From: Lachnospiraceae bacterium
Lineage (GTDB): Bacteria; Bacillota; Clostridia; Lachnospirales; Lachnospiraceae
DNA: 64,000 bases
Assembly (NCBI GenBank): GCA_021442455.1
Contig: JABUSY010000021.1
Location: 16,630-80,629 of the forward strand
Direction: 5' to 3'
The notes beneath the pieces were generated by a model that did no database searches, was not told the origin of the DNA, and saw only the letters and a list, made by a program, of their open reading frames with translations. Position numbers and translations under genes: made by a program. Below are positions 46,088-56,338 of this stretch, in pieces (positions within the stretch are counted from its first letter, which is position 1; every line of letters begins with the position of its first letter).

Positions 46088-46201
46088 ATGAAGGTAAGGT
46101 CATCTGTTAAGCCAATGTGCGCAAAGTGTAAGGTTATTAAAAGAAAAGGAAGCATTCGTATCATTTGTGAAAATCCAAAGCATAAACAGCGTCAGGGTTA
46201 A
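46088..46201 (+). CDS. rpmJ: 50S ribosomal protein bL36 (missed by the ORF track)
   Basis: [37 protein letters not shown], the Zn-binding type; AGGAGG RBS upstream. Confidence 0.97.
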   Translation: MKVRSSVKPMCAKCKVIKRKGSIRIICENPKHKQRQG

Positions 46202-46400
46202 GTTAATTACTATTCTGGATATTTATGTTGATTTTTCATAAAATGATATTTGTCTGGTTGTGTTAGGATATCTTTTTTGTGTGTTAAGGTATCGCATAAC
46301 AGCAAGAGAGATGGTGTTATATACAGCTGGATGTGTTATTCGGAATTCTAATAAATAATATCAGTAAAATGAGATGATGAGATGAATGGAGGAAATGCAC

Positions 46401-46769
46401 ATGGCTCGTATAGCTGGTGTAGATTTGCCAAAAGACAAACGCGTAGAGATCGGTTTGACTTATATCTATGGAATTGGGAGAGCTTCTTCCAATCGTATTC
46501 TTATGCAGGCAGGAGTGAACCCGGATGCCCGTGTGAGAAATCTGACAGACGATGAGGTTAAGAAAATCGCTGCTGTGATCGAGGAGATACAAACTGTGGA
46601 AGGTGATCTGAGATGTGAGATTTCGATGAATATCAAGCGTTTGCAGGAAATTAGTTGTTATAGAGGAATTCGGCATAGAAAAGGACTTCCCGTTCGTGGA
46701 CAGAAGACCAAGACAAATGCTAGAACTCGAAAAGGTCCGAAGAGGACCGTTGCTAATAAGAAAAAATAA
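46401..46769 (+). CDS. rpsM: 30S ribosomal protein uS13
   Basis: [10 protein letters not shown]...[14 protein letters not shown]; start at 46401 after GGAGG. Confidence 0.97.
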   Translation: MARIAGVDLPKDKRVEIGLTYIYGIGRASSNRILMQAGVNPDARVRNLTDDEVKKIAAVIEEIQTVEGDLRCEISMNIKRLQEISCYRGIRHRKGLPVRGQKTKTNARTRKGPKRTVANKKK

Positions 46770-46817
46770 GGTAAATGTTTAATTATTATCAGGAAAGTGT
46801 AGGTTAGTTTTTATTAT

Positions 46818-47210
46818 ATGGTAAAAGTAACGAAAAAAATAACAAAACGTCGTGTCAAGAAAAATGTTGAATGTGGACAAGCACATATTCAATCGTCATT
46901 TAACAACACGATTGTTACCCTGACTGATACCGCAGGAAATGCCCTAGCGTGGGCGAGCGCAGGCGGCCTGGGCTTTAAAGGTTCAAGAAAATCTACTCCT
47001 TATGCAGCACAGATGGCTGCAGAAACTGCTGCGAAAGCAGCACTGGTTTATGGTTTGAAAACTGTAGACGTGTTTGTAAAAGGGCCTGGGTCAGGTCGTG
47101 AGGCAGCAATACGCACTTTGTCCGCATGTGGACTTGAGGTTACCAGTATTTATGATGTAACGCCAGTACCGCACAACGGTTGTCGTCCGCCAAAACGTAG
47201 AAGAGTTTAA
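46818..47210 (+). CDS. rpsK: 30S ribosomal protein uS11
   Basis: [24 protein letters not shown] and [13 protein letters not shown]. Confidence 0.97.
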   Translation: MVKVTKKITKRRVKKNVECGQAHIQSSFNNTIVTLTDTAGNALAWASAGGLGFKGSRKSTPYAAQMAAETAAKAALVYGLKTVDVFVKGPGSGREAAIRTLSACGLEVTSIYDVTPVPHNGCRPPKRRRV

Positions 47211-47230
47211 TCAAACAGGAGGTCATTGTA

Positions 47231-47824
47231 ATGGCAGTAAATAGAGTACCGATTTTGAAAAGGTGCAGATCACTTGGTCTGGATCCTGTGTATTTAGGAA
47301 TTGATAAGAAATCCACACGTCAGTTAAGACGTGCTAATAAAAAAATGTCCGAATACGGACTTCAGCTAAGAGAAAAACAGAAAGCAAAATTCATTTATGG
47401 AATTTTGGAAAAGCCTTTCCGTAATTATTACAAGAAAGCTGATCGGATGTCCGGACAGACAGGTGATAATCTGATGGCTATGTTGGAGCAGCGTTTGGAT
47501 AATGTCATATTTCGTATGGGATTTGCCAGGACAAGAAGGGAAGCGAGACAGATCGTTGATCATAAGCATGTGACAGTGAACGGTAAGCAGGTAAACATCC
47601 CACTCTATCTGACTCAGCCTGGTGATGTGGTGGCAATCAAAGAGAGCAAGAAAGAATTTAAGCGTTATAAAGATATTCTAGAAGTAACAGGTGGACGCAT
47701 ATCTCCGAAATGGATCGAGGTGAATCAGGAAGCATTGCAAGGTATTGTCAAAGAAGTTCCGACACGTGATGTGATCGATGTTCCGGTAAATGAGATGCTT
47801 ATTGTCGAACTGTATTCCAAGTAA
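47231..47824 (+). CDS. rpsD: 30S ribosomal protein uS4
   Basis: SEYGLQLREKQK, LEQRLDNVIFRMGFA and LIVELYSK. Confidence 0.97.
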   Translation: MAVNRVPILKRCRSLGLDPVYLGIDKKSTRQLRRANKKMSEYGLQLREKQKAKFIYGILEKPFRNYYKKADRMSGQTGDNLMAMLEQRLDNVIFRMGFARTRREARQIVDHKHVTVNGKQVNIPLYLTQPGDVVAIKESKKEFKRYKDILEVTGGRISPKWIEVNQEALQGIVKEVPTRDVIDVPVNEMLIVELYSK

Positions 47825-47879
47825 TCAGTAGTGTGGGTAACCCTCAATAGTATAATTTCTCATAAGGAGGGGTTTCTAG

Positions 47880-48845
47880 GTGTTTGATTTTAACAAACCG
47901 AAAATTAAGATTACGGAGATTTCTGAAGATAAAAAGTTTAGCAGATTCGTGGTGGAACCATTAGAACGTGGATATGGAACGACTCTTGGTAATTCTCTTC
48001 GAAGGATCATGCTTTCTTCTTTACCCGGCGCGGCAGTTAGCCAGGTAAAGATCGAAGGAGTTTTGCATGAATTCAGTACTATTCCTGGAGTCAAGGAAGA
48101 TGTCACAGAAATTATCATGAATTTGAAGAGTCTTGCCATTAACATCAAGGACAATAGCAAAATGAATGAGCCAAGGATTGCATATGTGGACTTTGAAGGC
48201 GAAGGTGTGGTAAAAGCATCCGATATTCAGGTGGATCAGGACGTTGAAATCATGAACCTCGATCAGATTATTGCCACATTGAATGGCGGGTCGAATAGTA
48301 GGTTATATATGGAGTTGACCATTACTCAGGGACGTGGTTATATGAGTGCTGATAAGGTAAAAATGGAAGACATGGCGATTGGTGTAATCTCGATAGATGC
48401 TATTTATACGCCGGTGGAGCGTGTAAATTTGACAGTGGAAAACACTCGTGTCGGTCAAATTACTGATTTTGACAAATTGACACTGGATGTTTATACAAAA
48501 GTTACATTGGATCCAGATGAGGCAGTCAGTTTGGCTGCCAAAGTTTTAAGTGAACATTTAAAGTTGTTTATTGATCTTTCAGAGAAGGCTAAAACGGCAG
48601 AGGTTATGATAGAGCAAGAAGATAATGAGAAAGAAAAGGTTCTTGAGATGAACATCGATGAATTAGAGCTTTCCGTTCGTTCTTATAACTGCTTGAAGCG
48701 AGCCGGTATTAGTACTGTGGAAGAGTTGTGTAACAAAACGTCTGAGGACATGATGAAGGTTCGTAACCTGGGGCGTAAATCCCTGGAAGAAGTTCTTACA
48801 AAGTTAAAAGAGTTGGGATTGCAGCTGAATCCAGGAGATGAATAG
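47880..48845 (+). CDS. rpoA: RNA polymerase alpha subunit
   Basis: [22 protein letters not shown] and [15 protein letters not shown]; GTG start. Confidence 0.98.
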   Translation: MFDFNKPKIKITEISEDKKFSRFVVEPLERGYGTTLGNSLRRIMLSSLPGAAVSQVKIEGVLHEFSTIPGVKEDVTEIIMNLKSLAINIKDNSKMNEPRIAYVDFEGEGVVKASDIQVDQDVEIMNLDQIIATLNGGSNSRLYMELTITQGRGYMSADKVKMEDMAIGVISIDAIYTPVERVNLTVENTRVGQITDFDKLTLDVYTKVTLDPDEAVSLAAKVLSEHLKLFIDLSEKAKTAEVMIEQEDNEKEKVLEMNIDELELSVRSYNCLKRAGISTVEELCNKTSEDMMKVRNLGRKSLEEVLTKLKELGLQLNPGDE

Positions 48846-48927
48846 TAAAGGTTGAATTTGTAGAAAAAAAGAAATGATTCAAACCAAAGGAGTGTAGTTT
48901 TTCGTTCTACAAATGGAGGAAAATAAA

Positions 48928-49464
48928 ATGGCAAGTTATAAAAAGCTGGGAAGAACTTCTGAACAGAGAAAAGCGATATTAAGAAACCAGGTAACCAATC
49001 TGTTATATCATGGTAAAATTCGCACCACAGAGACTAAAGCAAAAGAGATCCGAAAGATCGCTGAAGGCATTATTGCCATGGCTATCCGTGAAAAGGCTAA
49101 TTATAAGATCGTAACTGTAACTGCGAAGGTTCCAAGAAAAGATGCAGATGGCAAACGCGTTAAAGAAGCGAAAGAGGGGAAAAAAATTAGCTTATATCAC
49201 AAAGTGCAGAAAGAGATCAAGAAGGATAACGCTTCCAGACTTCATGCTAGACGTCAGATGATGAAGGTTTTCTATCCGGTTACAGAAATGCCGGTTTCTA
49301 ATAAAGGCAGGAAGAAAAACATCAAACAAATTGATATGGTGGCTAAGATGTTCGATGAAGTCGCGTCGAAATACGATGGCCGAAACGGTGGATATAGTCG
49401 CATCGTGAAGATCGGTCCACGTAAAGGCGATTCCGCTATGGAGGTTTTGCTCGAGCTGGTATAA
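48928..49464 (+). CDS. rplQ: 50S ribosomal protein bL17, long Lachnospiraceae-type form
   Basis: KLGRTSEQRKA...GGYSRIVKIGPRKGD with an internal insertion; 178 aa from ATG 48928. Confidence 0.95.
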   Translation: MASYKKLGRTSEQRKAILRNQVTNLLYHGKIRTTETKAKEIRKIAEGIIAMAIREKANYKIVTVTAKVPRKDADGKRVKEAKEGKKISLYHKVQKEIKKDNASRLHARRQMMKVFYPVTEMPVSNKGRKKNIKQIDMVAKMFDEVASKYDGRNGGYSRIVKIGPRKGDSAMEVLLELV

Positions 49465-49540
49465 GCCTGAGCAGAAATTTTTTTGTAATATTCGATCCAA
49501 CCAAAAATTATTTTGAAGTGAACTTTTTAGAGTTATTGAT

Positions 49541-50275
49541 CTACAGCCATCCTCCGTCCATGGTGATGACTTGTCCAGTTAGATAGGGATGATTTAGTGC
49601 CAAATCTAACAGAAGGTCGGCAGCTTCATCCATAGTGCCGAATCTGCCCATTGGGATCTTTTTTGTGAGCGCCACTCGTTCAGCAGGAGAGAAAATTTGG
49701 TTCATAGAAGTATCCACTACTCCGAAAGCTGCTGCATTTACACGGATTCTGCTGGGCGCCAGTTCCTTGGCCAGTGCGTGTGTCAAAGCATTGATTGCAC
49801 CTTTAGTAGCTGAGTAAGCTGTTTCACAGGAAGCACCTACATTGCCCCAAACGGAAGAAACGTTCACGATACTTCCTTCTCCCTGTGTAAGGAATATCGG
49901 AATCGCAGCTCGGCAAGTCAGAAACATAGATGTAACGTTTGTTTGAAAGAGTTGGTTCCATTCTTCCAGAAGCATATTTTGCAGTAGTCCTACATGAGAA
50001 ATCCCTGCATTATTGACGAGAGCTTTGAGTTGTCCGTGAGCCGAAAGAAACTTAAAAATCTTTTGAACAAAGGTCTCTTTTCCTATATCTCCAGCCAGAA
50101 TCAGGCACTCCGTTTCCAAATTTTTTTGAATATCTTGTTGCAACTTATCCAATCCGCCGTCCAGATTGCGTGATATGGCCAGCACTCGGTATCCGCGTCT
50201 GGCAAAAGCAAAAGCAGCAGCCTTCCCAATACCATGTGAAGCTCCGGTAATCATAATGTATTCTCTGTTATCCAT
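49541..50275 (-). CDS. FabG-like short-chain dehydrogenase (YmfI/EF-P aminopentanone reductase-like)
   Basis: TGASHGIG, NNAG, VSSVWG, YSATK and GQVITMDGG. Confidence 0.85.
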   Translation of the reverse strand: MDNREYIMITGASHGIGKAAAFAFARRGYRVLAISRNLDGGLDKLQQDIQKNLETECLILAGDIGKETFVQKIFKFLSAHGQLKALVNNAGISHVGLLQNMLLEEWNQLFQTNVTSMFLTCRAAIPIFLTQGEGSIVNVSSVWGNVGASCETAYSATKGAINALTHALAKELAPSRIRVNAAAFGVVDTSMNQIFSPAERVALTKKIPMGRFGTMDEAADLLLDLALNHPYLTGQVITMDGGWL

Positions 50276-50832
50276 ATATCTACCTCTATATTTTGCCGGA
50301 CAGAAAAGACACCAGCTTGATATTAGTATAATAGTGAAAAGCAGAAAAATCCAGACCCTAATTCGGAAGATTTGAGAAGCAATGAAGGTCGAGCAAAAGA
50401 ACAGATCTGTATGAAGCTTCTCCAGAGATCATAGATATTTTTTGAAAAAAGCGGATAAAAGTTATTTTCCGAACCAGTAACCAGGAAATACCATTGAGGT
50501 TGTTATGAAATATGCGGAAAACCTGGAGCTGATTATTTACAGGAGAGAGGAAAGGACTCTTAATGTGTTACGAGTTGATGAAGATAGAAACGGTTGTCGC
50601 TCTAGGGTATAATTCCCGCCGTAAACATCAATGATTTTGCAAATAGCCTATAAAAAATATGATGCAGGACACCGGTGATATCTTATAGAGAGAAGATAGT
50701 TTTCTTATTGTTATGAAGATGTTGCCTGGAGGGATGAACGATGGGAATGTGGGAAAGTTTATTTTTGGTGAAGATAAAGCATTGCAGACGAATATTTACA
50801 AAATTGCTGAATTCTGATAAAAACGCTGTGTT

Positions 50833-50862
50833 TTGTGAATGTCTTGGCAAGATAGTTATAAT
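50833..50862 (+). promoter_or_regulatory. Possible SigA promoter of fba
   Basis: TTGTGA-N18-TATAAT upstream of the AGGAGG RBS. Confidence 0.4.
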
Positions 50863-50897
50863 ACTAAAATGATAAAATTAATTCAGGAGGAAAATCT

Positions 50898-51761
50898 ATG
50901 TTAATTTCAGCAAAGAAAATGCTTCAGAAGGCACAAGCCGGACATTATGCAGTAGGCCAGTTCAACATTCATAATCTGGAATGGACGAAAGCAATTCTGA
51001 TTACTGCTCAGGAGTTAAATTCACCGGTTATTCTGGGGGTGTCTGAGGGCGCGGGAAAATATATGACAGGTTACAAGACTGTGGTGGGCATGCTAAAGGG
51101 TATGCTGGAAGAACTGAAGATAACGGTTCCAGTCGCGCTACATTTGGATCACGGTAGCTACGAAGCATGCCATACGTGCATTGAAGCCGGATTTTCATCG
51201 ATTATGTTTGACGGATCTCATTTTCCCATCGAGGAAAATGTGGAAAAGACGAAAGAGTTAGTAAACATTTGTGCGAAGAAAGATATCTCTCTGGAAGCAG
51301 AGGTAGGCTCTATCGGAGGCGAAAAGGATGGAGTCGTAGAGATGGGCGAGTGTGCTAACCTGCAGGAATGCAAGAAAATCGTTGATCTAGGTATAGATAT
51401 GCTGGCAGCAGGCATTGGAAATATCCACGGCGTATATCCTCCGAACTGGAAGGGGCTGAGCTTTGAGACATTAGCGGCTGTACGAAAGCTGACAGGAGTC
51501 ATACCTCTGGTACTTCACGGAGGCACAGGCATCCCTAGTGGACAGATTAAAAAAGCAATTGATCTTGGTGTTTCTAAAATCAATGTGAATACAGAGTGCC
51601 AGTTAGCATTTGCGGCTGCTACTCGTGCGTATGTTGAAGCTGGAAAAGATAAGCAAGGTAAAGGATTTGATCCTCGGAAGTTGCTCCTTCCAGGCACCAA
51701 AGTTATCAAGAAAACTGTTCAGGAAAAGATGGAGTTGTTTGGTTCTCTCGGAAAAGCTTGA
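50898..51761 (+). CDS. fba: Class II fructose-1,6-bisphosphate aldolase
   Basis: HLDHG, SIMFDGS, GNIHG, VLHGGTG and KINVNT. Confidence 0.96.
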   Translation: MLISAKKMLQKAQAGHYAVGQFNIHNLEWTKAILITAQELNSPVILGVSEGAGKYMTGYKTVVGMLKGMLEELKITVPVALHLDHGSYEACHTCIEAGFSSIMFDGSHFPIEENVEKTKELVNICAKKDISLEAEVGSIGGEKDGVVEMGECANLQECKKIVDLGIDMLAAGIGNIHGVYPPNWKGLSFETLAAVRKLTGVIPLVLHGGTGIPSGQIKKAIDLGVSKINVNTECQLAFAAATRAYVEAGKDKQGKGFDPRKLLLPGTKVIKKTVQEKMELFGSLGKA

Positions 51762-51993
51762 TCGCTTGTTCGGTCTCAGCATTTTCTGTAATATATTTTG
51801 TATGTTTTATTTGAATTTTTTTGAATGGAATATGAAGAATTTATTTGTATTTTCTGTTTTGTATTATGTCAATAGTAGTTATATGATATACACACCTATG
51901 TTAAAAAGGGCGTTCTATAGTGTAATGTGAATGTTCTTTTCTTTTTCAGAAATAGGATTGATTCGTAAATAAGAGAAAGAAAGAGGAAAATAA

Positions 51994-54108
51994 ATGAGGA
52001 AATATGTGAATGTGGCAGAAATCTTTGGAGAAAATGTTTTCAATGACACAGTCATGCAAGAACGACTTCCGAAAAAGGTTTATAAGAAATTGAAGAATAT
52101 TATCAAAGAAGGCGGTAATCTGGATTTGGAAACCGCCGATGTGATTGCTCATGAGATAAAAGAATGGGCGCTTGAAAAAGGCGCAACTCATTATACCCAT
52201 TGGTTCCAACCGCTGACAGGCGTTACTGCTGAAAAGCATGATGCATTTCTTACTACTCCGCTACCAAGTGGAAAAGTTCTGATGAGTTTTTCTGGAAAAG
52301 AGCTTATTAAGGGCGAACCAGATGCCTCTTCTTTTCCCTCAGGTGGGCTACGGGCTACTTTTGAGGCTCGAGGTTATACAGCATGGGACTGCACTTCTCC
52401 TGCGTTTGTTAGGCAAGATGCGGCAGGTGCGACCTTGTGTATTCCGACAGCTTTTTGTTCCTATACGGGAGAAGCGTTAGATCAGAAGACACCTCTACTC
52501 CGTTCCATGGAAGTCATTGATAAGCAATCTATACGTTTGTTGAGATTGTTTGGAAACACCTCTTCAAAGAAGGTGACGCCATCCGTAGGACCTGAACAAG
52601 AATATTTCCTGGTGGATGCTGAGAAATTTTTGAAGAGAAAAGATTTGATATACAGCGGCCGTACGCTGTTTGGAGCAATGCCCCCCAAAGGGCAAGAAAT
52701 GGATGATCATTATTTTGGAACGATCCGTCAAAGAATCGCTTCCTTTATGAAAGATGTCAATATAGAGCTCTGGAAATTGGGCGTGGGTGCTAAGACTCAG
52801 CATAATGAAGTGGCTCCAGGCCAACATGAGTTGGCTACGGTCTATACAGAAGCCAATGTGGCCGTAGATCATAACCACATCGTGATGCAGACGCTGAAAC
52901 GGGTTGCCTGTCAGCACGGTATGAAATGCTTACTACATGAAAAGCCTTTTGCGGGAGTGAACGGTTCCGGAAAACATAATAATTGGTCCATTACAACGGA
53001 TGATGGCATCAACATGCTGGATCCGGGAAAGACGCCTCACGAAAATATCCAGTTTCTGTTAGTGCTTTCTTGTATTATTAAGGCAGTTGACAAACATGCA
53101 GGGCTATTGAGAGCATCAGCAGCAGATCCAGGTAATGACCATAGGCTTGGTTCCAATGAAGCACCGCCTGCTATTATTTCTATTTTTCTTGGAGAACAGC
53201 TAGAGGATGTGCTGGAGCAAATAGTGTGCAACGGAGTAGCGCTCAACTGCCTAAGAAGAAGCAAGCTAAGTATAGGTGTTAAAAGTCTTCCGGATTTGAA
53301 TAAAGACGCTACTGATCGCAACAGAACTTCACCTTTCGCTTTTACTGGAAATAAATTTGAGTTTCGCATGGTCGGTTCCAGGGATTCCATTTCCGAACCT
53401 AACATCGTTCTGAATACTATCGTAGCAGAAACCTTCAGTGATGCCTGTGATATCCTGGAAAAGGCTGATGATTTTGATGAAGCAGTACACGACTTGATTA
53501 AGAAAAATTTTAGCGAGCATCAAAGAATTATCTTCAATGGTAATGGTTATTCAGATGAGTGGGTAGCAGAAGCAGAGAGAAGAGGCCTGCCGCATATTCA
53601 ATCCATGGTTGATGCGATACCGGAATTGACTAAGAAGGAAAATGTTAGGATGTTTGAAAAATTTGGTGTTTTCACCAAAGCGGAACTAGAATCCAGGGAA
53701 GAAGTGAAATATGAGAATTATATTAAGACGATCAATATTGAAGCAAAAACCATGATAGATATAGTCAGTAAGGAGATCATTCCGGTCGCGGTGAGATGTA
53801 CAAAGCTTTTGGCAGATTCTATTAATGCAGTAAAAGAGGCAGGCGTCAATGATGTGAGCGTCCAGAAGAAGCTGTTAGAAAAGACAAGTGCTCTGCTGAA
53901 ACAGATACAGCAATCGCTGAATACTTTGATTGAGGTAGAGGCTCAGGCAGGTGACATGAAAAAAGGAAAAAAGCAGGCAAAATTCTATCATGAAAAAATT
54001 TTTATGGCCATGGAAAAACTGAGGATCCCGGTGGATGCACTAGAAATGATAGTAGATAAAAAAATGTGGCCGATGCCGTCTTACGGTGATCTAATTTTTG
54101 AAGTATAA
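51994..54108 (+). CDS. glnA: Glutamine synthetase type III
   Basis: THWFQP, EPDASSFPSGG, GPEQEYFL, HEKPFAGVNGSGKH and FEFR; 704 aa. Confidence 0.96.
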   Translation: MRKYVNVAEIFGENVFNDTVMQERLPKKVYKKLKNIIKEGGNLDLETADVIAHEIKEWALEKGATHYTHWFQPLTGVTAEKHDAFLTTPLPSGKVLMSFSGKELIKGEPDASSFPSGGLRATFEARGYTAWDCTSPAFVRQDAAGATLCIPTAFCSYTGEALDQKTPLLRSMEVIDKQSIRLLRLFGNTSSKKVTPSVGPEQEYFLVDAEKFLKRKDLIYSGRTLFGAMPPKGQEMDDHYFGTIRQRIASFMKDVNIELWKLGVGAKTQHNEVAPGQHELATVYTEANVAVDHNHIVMQTLKRVACQHGMKCLLHEKPFAGVNGSGKHNNWSITTDDGINMLDPGKTPHENIQFLLVLSCIIKAVDKHAGLLRASAADPGNDHRLGSNEAPPAIISIFLGEQLEDVLEQIVCNGVALNCLRRSKLSIGVKSLPDLNKDATDRNRTSPFAFTGNKFEFRMVGSRDSISEPNIVLNTIVAETFSDACDILEKADDFDEAVHDLIKKNFSEHQRIIFNGNGYSDEWVAEAERRGLPHIQSMVDAIPELTKKENVRMFEKFGVFTKAELESREEVKYENYIKTINIEAKTMIDIVSKEIIPVAVRCTKLLADSINAVKEAGVNDVSVQKKLLEKTSALLKQIQQSLNTLIEVEAQAGDMKKGKKQAKFYHEKIFMAMEKLRIPVDALEMIVDKKMWPMPSYGDLIFEV

Positions 54109-54323
54109 TAAAATAGTTTGAGAAAATATGTAGCTGCCTTTGTATAGTTGTATTTTGGCAAATTCTGATATATTTTTATCCTTTCATACCTTTTACTATA
54201 GATAGGTTTTAAAAGCTGATGGTATTGTAAATGGAGACGAAAATGAGATTATGCCTGATTAAATTAATTAAATTAGTGTTATGGAAGTATGGCTGGTTTA
54301 TCTGAATCTAGTATCGGCAATGA

Positions 54324-55620
54324 AATGGATTATTGAATTTATGCAGAACGATTACCTAGATACAGTCGACATTTCAGGTATTGCTATTTCCGGAAAGGCA
54401 GTGGATGTGGTCGATGTGAAAGAGATTAATAGTGTGTTCAGGATGTCATTATTAGCAGTCTGCAGGGATTTGCAGGCGAGTTCAGTTTTTGTTAAAAAAG
54501 CGTCAGCAGATCAATGAAAAATATCAAGGATTTTGGAAAAACATCTCAATATACAAAACGAAGTAGAATTAAAAATTAGTTGATGGAGTAAACTATTACA
54601 AAGTATTTTTCGGTGCGTTGGTCACGAGGTTTAAGTAAGAAAAGAACGAATAGTCTTGTACAGCATGGAGAAAAGCAATTATAGAGTTATATGCGGATTG
54701 TAGCGGAAATAGCGCTGATGATTTTTAGCATTACTTATGCTTTTCTTTCATTTGATTTTGTGGAAGAAGGTTTTTCAGAATTGGTAATTTTGTGATTAAG
54801 GATCTGGTGAGTGTTCTTTTAATCGCTAATTTCTGTGCTGTTGAACGTGCTATTTTCATTTTCTGAGGCTTAAATTATTTGAGTTGTAGATGGTTAAGTG
54901 GTTCTTCTGCGGATCTTCTTTTGCAAAAAAAGTGCTAGGAGAGAATGATTGTCTGATAATCAGCAGGTGTGAAAAAAGGGAAAAAACAAAAAAATCAAAG
55001 AATTTTTCCTTTGCTTTTGGTATATTTTGTATTAGAATGAGTATGAGATTTATACAGTCTACTCTTATATAAGAAAGAGATTAAGTAGTTTGGAGTATGA
55101 GTTTAGACTATCATCGAGGAATGGATGTGAATGATGAAAAACACACTTGAAGGATTAAAATTAAAGTATATTTCAAAGATGAATATAGGAATGGGGGATA
55201 TAGAAGATAAAGTACTGACATCTATCTTCTGGAAGATAGATGTCAAAAAAATTTAAATAAGGAAGATAAGATTTTTTTGATGATAGAGATATATCATCAC
55301 TTATATTGCTCTGGAAATCGGTAGGCTGATCTATCAGCTTTCAATTTCGCTGTGTAAGATGTTTATTCAAGAAATATTTGCGAATAAATCTCACAATAAT
55401 TTTGATGCAGAGACTTGAATTACTATCAATAATTTTTTAAAAATAATCTCAATGTATCTGAAACGTCAAGATAGCTTTACATTCTCAGAAATATACTTCT
55501 CTATCAGCTGGATAAACTTCAGAAAATCGCCGGCTTTGATTTACAAATATTTAAGGATACGATTACCTTTAAAATTGTTTTGATAATTATAAAATATATA
55601 AAAACCTTGGATTACTCAAA
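54324..55620 (+). pseudogene. CdaR/PucR-family HTH transcriptional regulator remnant
   Basis: The 3' part is well preserved: IGRLIYQLSISLCKMFIQEIF...NNLNVSETSR*LYILRNILLYQLDKLQKIAGFDL. Stops include TAG at 55472; usual position upstream of ftsE. Confidence 0.85.
55216..55245. repeat. Near-perfect palindrome TGACATCTATCTTC-TG-GAAGATAGATGTCA
   Basis: Perfect 14-bp arms with a 2-nt spacer. Confidence 0.9.
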
Positions 55621-55654
55621 GTTTTACAGGAAAGCTAGCTATAGGAGGATAATC

Positions 55655-56338
55655 ATGATAACTTTAGATAGTGTGAGTAAGAGTTATGAAAAAGGGAAGC
55701 CAGCCATTCATAACATATCCTTACACATTGACAAAGGGGAATTTGTTTTTGTGGTCGGTGACAGCGGTTCTGGAAAGTCAACACTGATTAAGTTACTTCT
55801 GAAGGAGCTCAATCCGTCGTCTGGCACTATATTTGTCAATGGGAAAATCTTGAACAAGCTTACGCGAAGGCAAATATCCAAGTATCGTAGGAGCCTTGGT
55901 GTGGTTTTTCAGGATTTTCGTTTACTGAAGGACAGGAATGTTTATGAAAATGTAGCTTTTAGCCAAAGAGTGATTGAGAAGCCGAACTGGATGATCAAGA
56001 AAAGAGTGCCTGAAGTGCTAACTTTGGTGGGGTTAGCAGATAAATACCGTTCAAATCCAAAGGAGCTGTCTGGAGGCGAACAACAGAGAGTGGCCTTGGC
56101 CAGAGCTCTGGTGAACCGTCCTAAAATTCTGCTGGCCGATGAACCGACCGGGAACCTGGACCCAAAGAACTCCAATGAGATTATGAAAATGTTGGAAGAA
56201 ATTAGCGAATGTGGCACTACAGTGCTGGTAGTGACTCACAACAAGGGAATTGTCAATGTGATGAAAAAAAGGGTGATTCACCTGCGGAAAGGCGTCATTA
56301 TAAGCGACGAAAAAGAAGGTATTTACGTTGAAAATTAA
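55655..56338 (+). CDS. ftsE: Cell division ABC ATPase FtsE
   Basis: GDSGSGKST, VFQDFRLL, LSGGEQQRV and DEPTGNLD. The start was moved to ATG 55655 after AGGAGG. Confidence 0.96.
   Translation: MITLDSVSKSYEKGKPAIHNISLHIDKGEFVFVVGDSGSGKSTLIKLLLKELNPSSGTIFVNGKILNKLTRRQISKYRRSLGVVFQDFRLLKDRNVYENVAFSQRVIEKPNWMIKKRVPEVLTLVGLADKYRSNPKELSGGEQQRVALARALVNRPKILLADEPTGNLDPKNSNEIMKMLEEISECGTTVLVVTHNKGIVNVMKKRVIHLRKGVIISDEKEGIYVEN

Noticed and set aside
48928-49464. Large insertion in bL17 as a novelty
   Set aside because: The long bL17 form is typical of Lachnospiraceae; I used it only as a taxonomic clue.
51867-51883. GlnR/TnrA-like box TGTCA-N7-TTATA upstream of glnA
   Set aside because: One mismatch in AT-rich DNA, and GlnR control is not established for this lineage.
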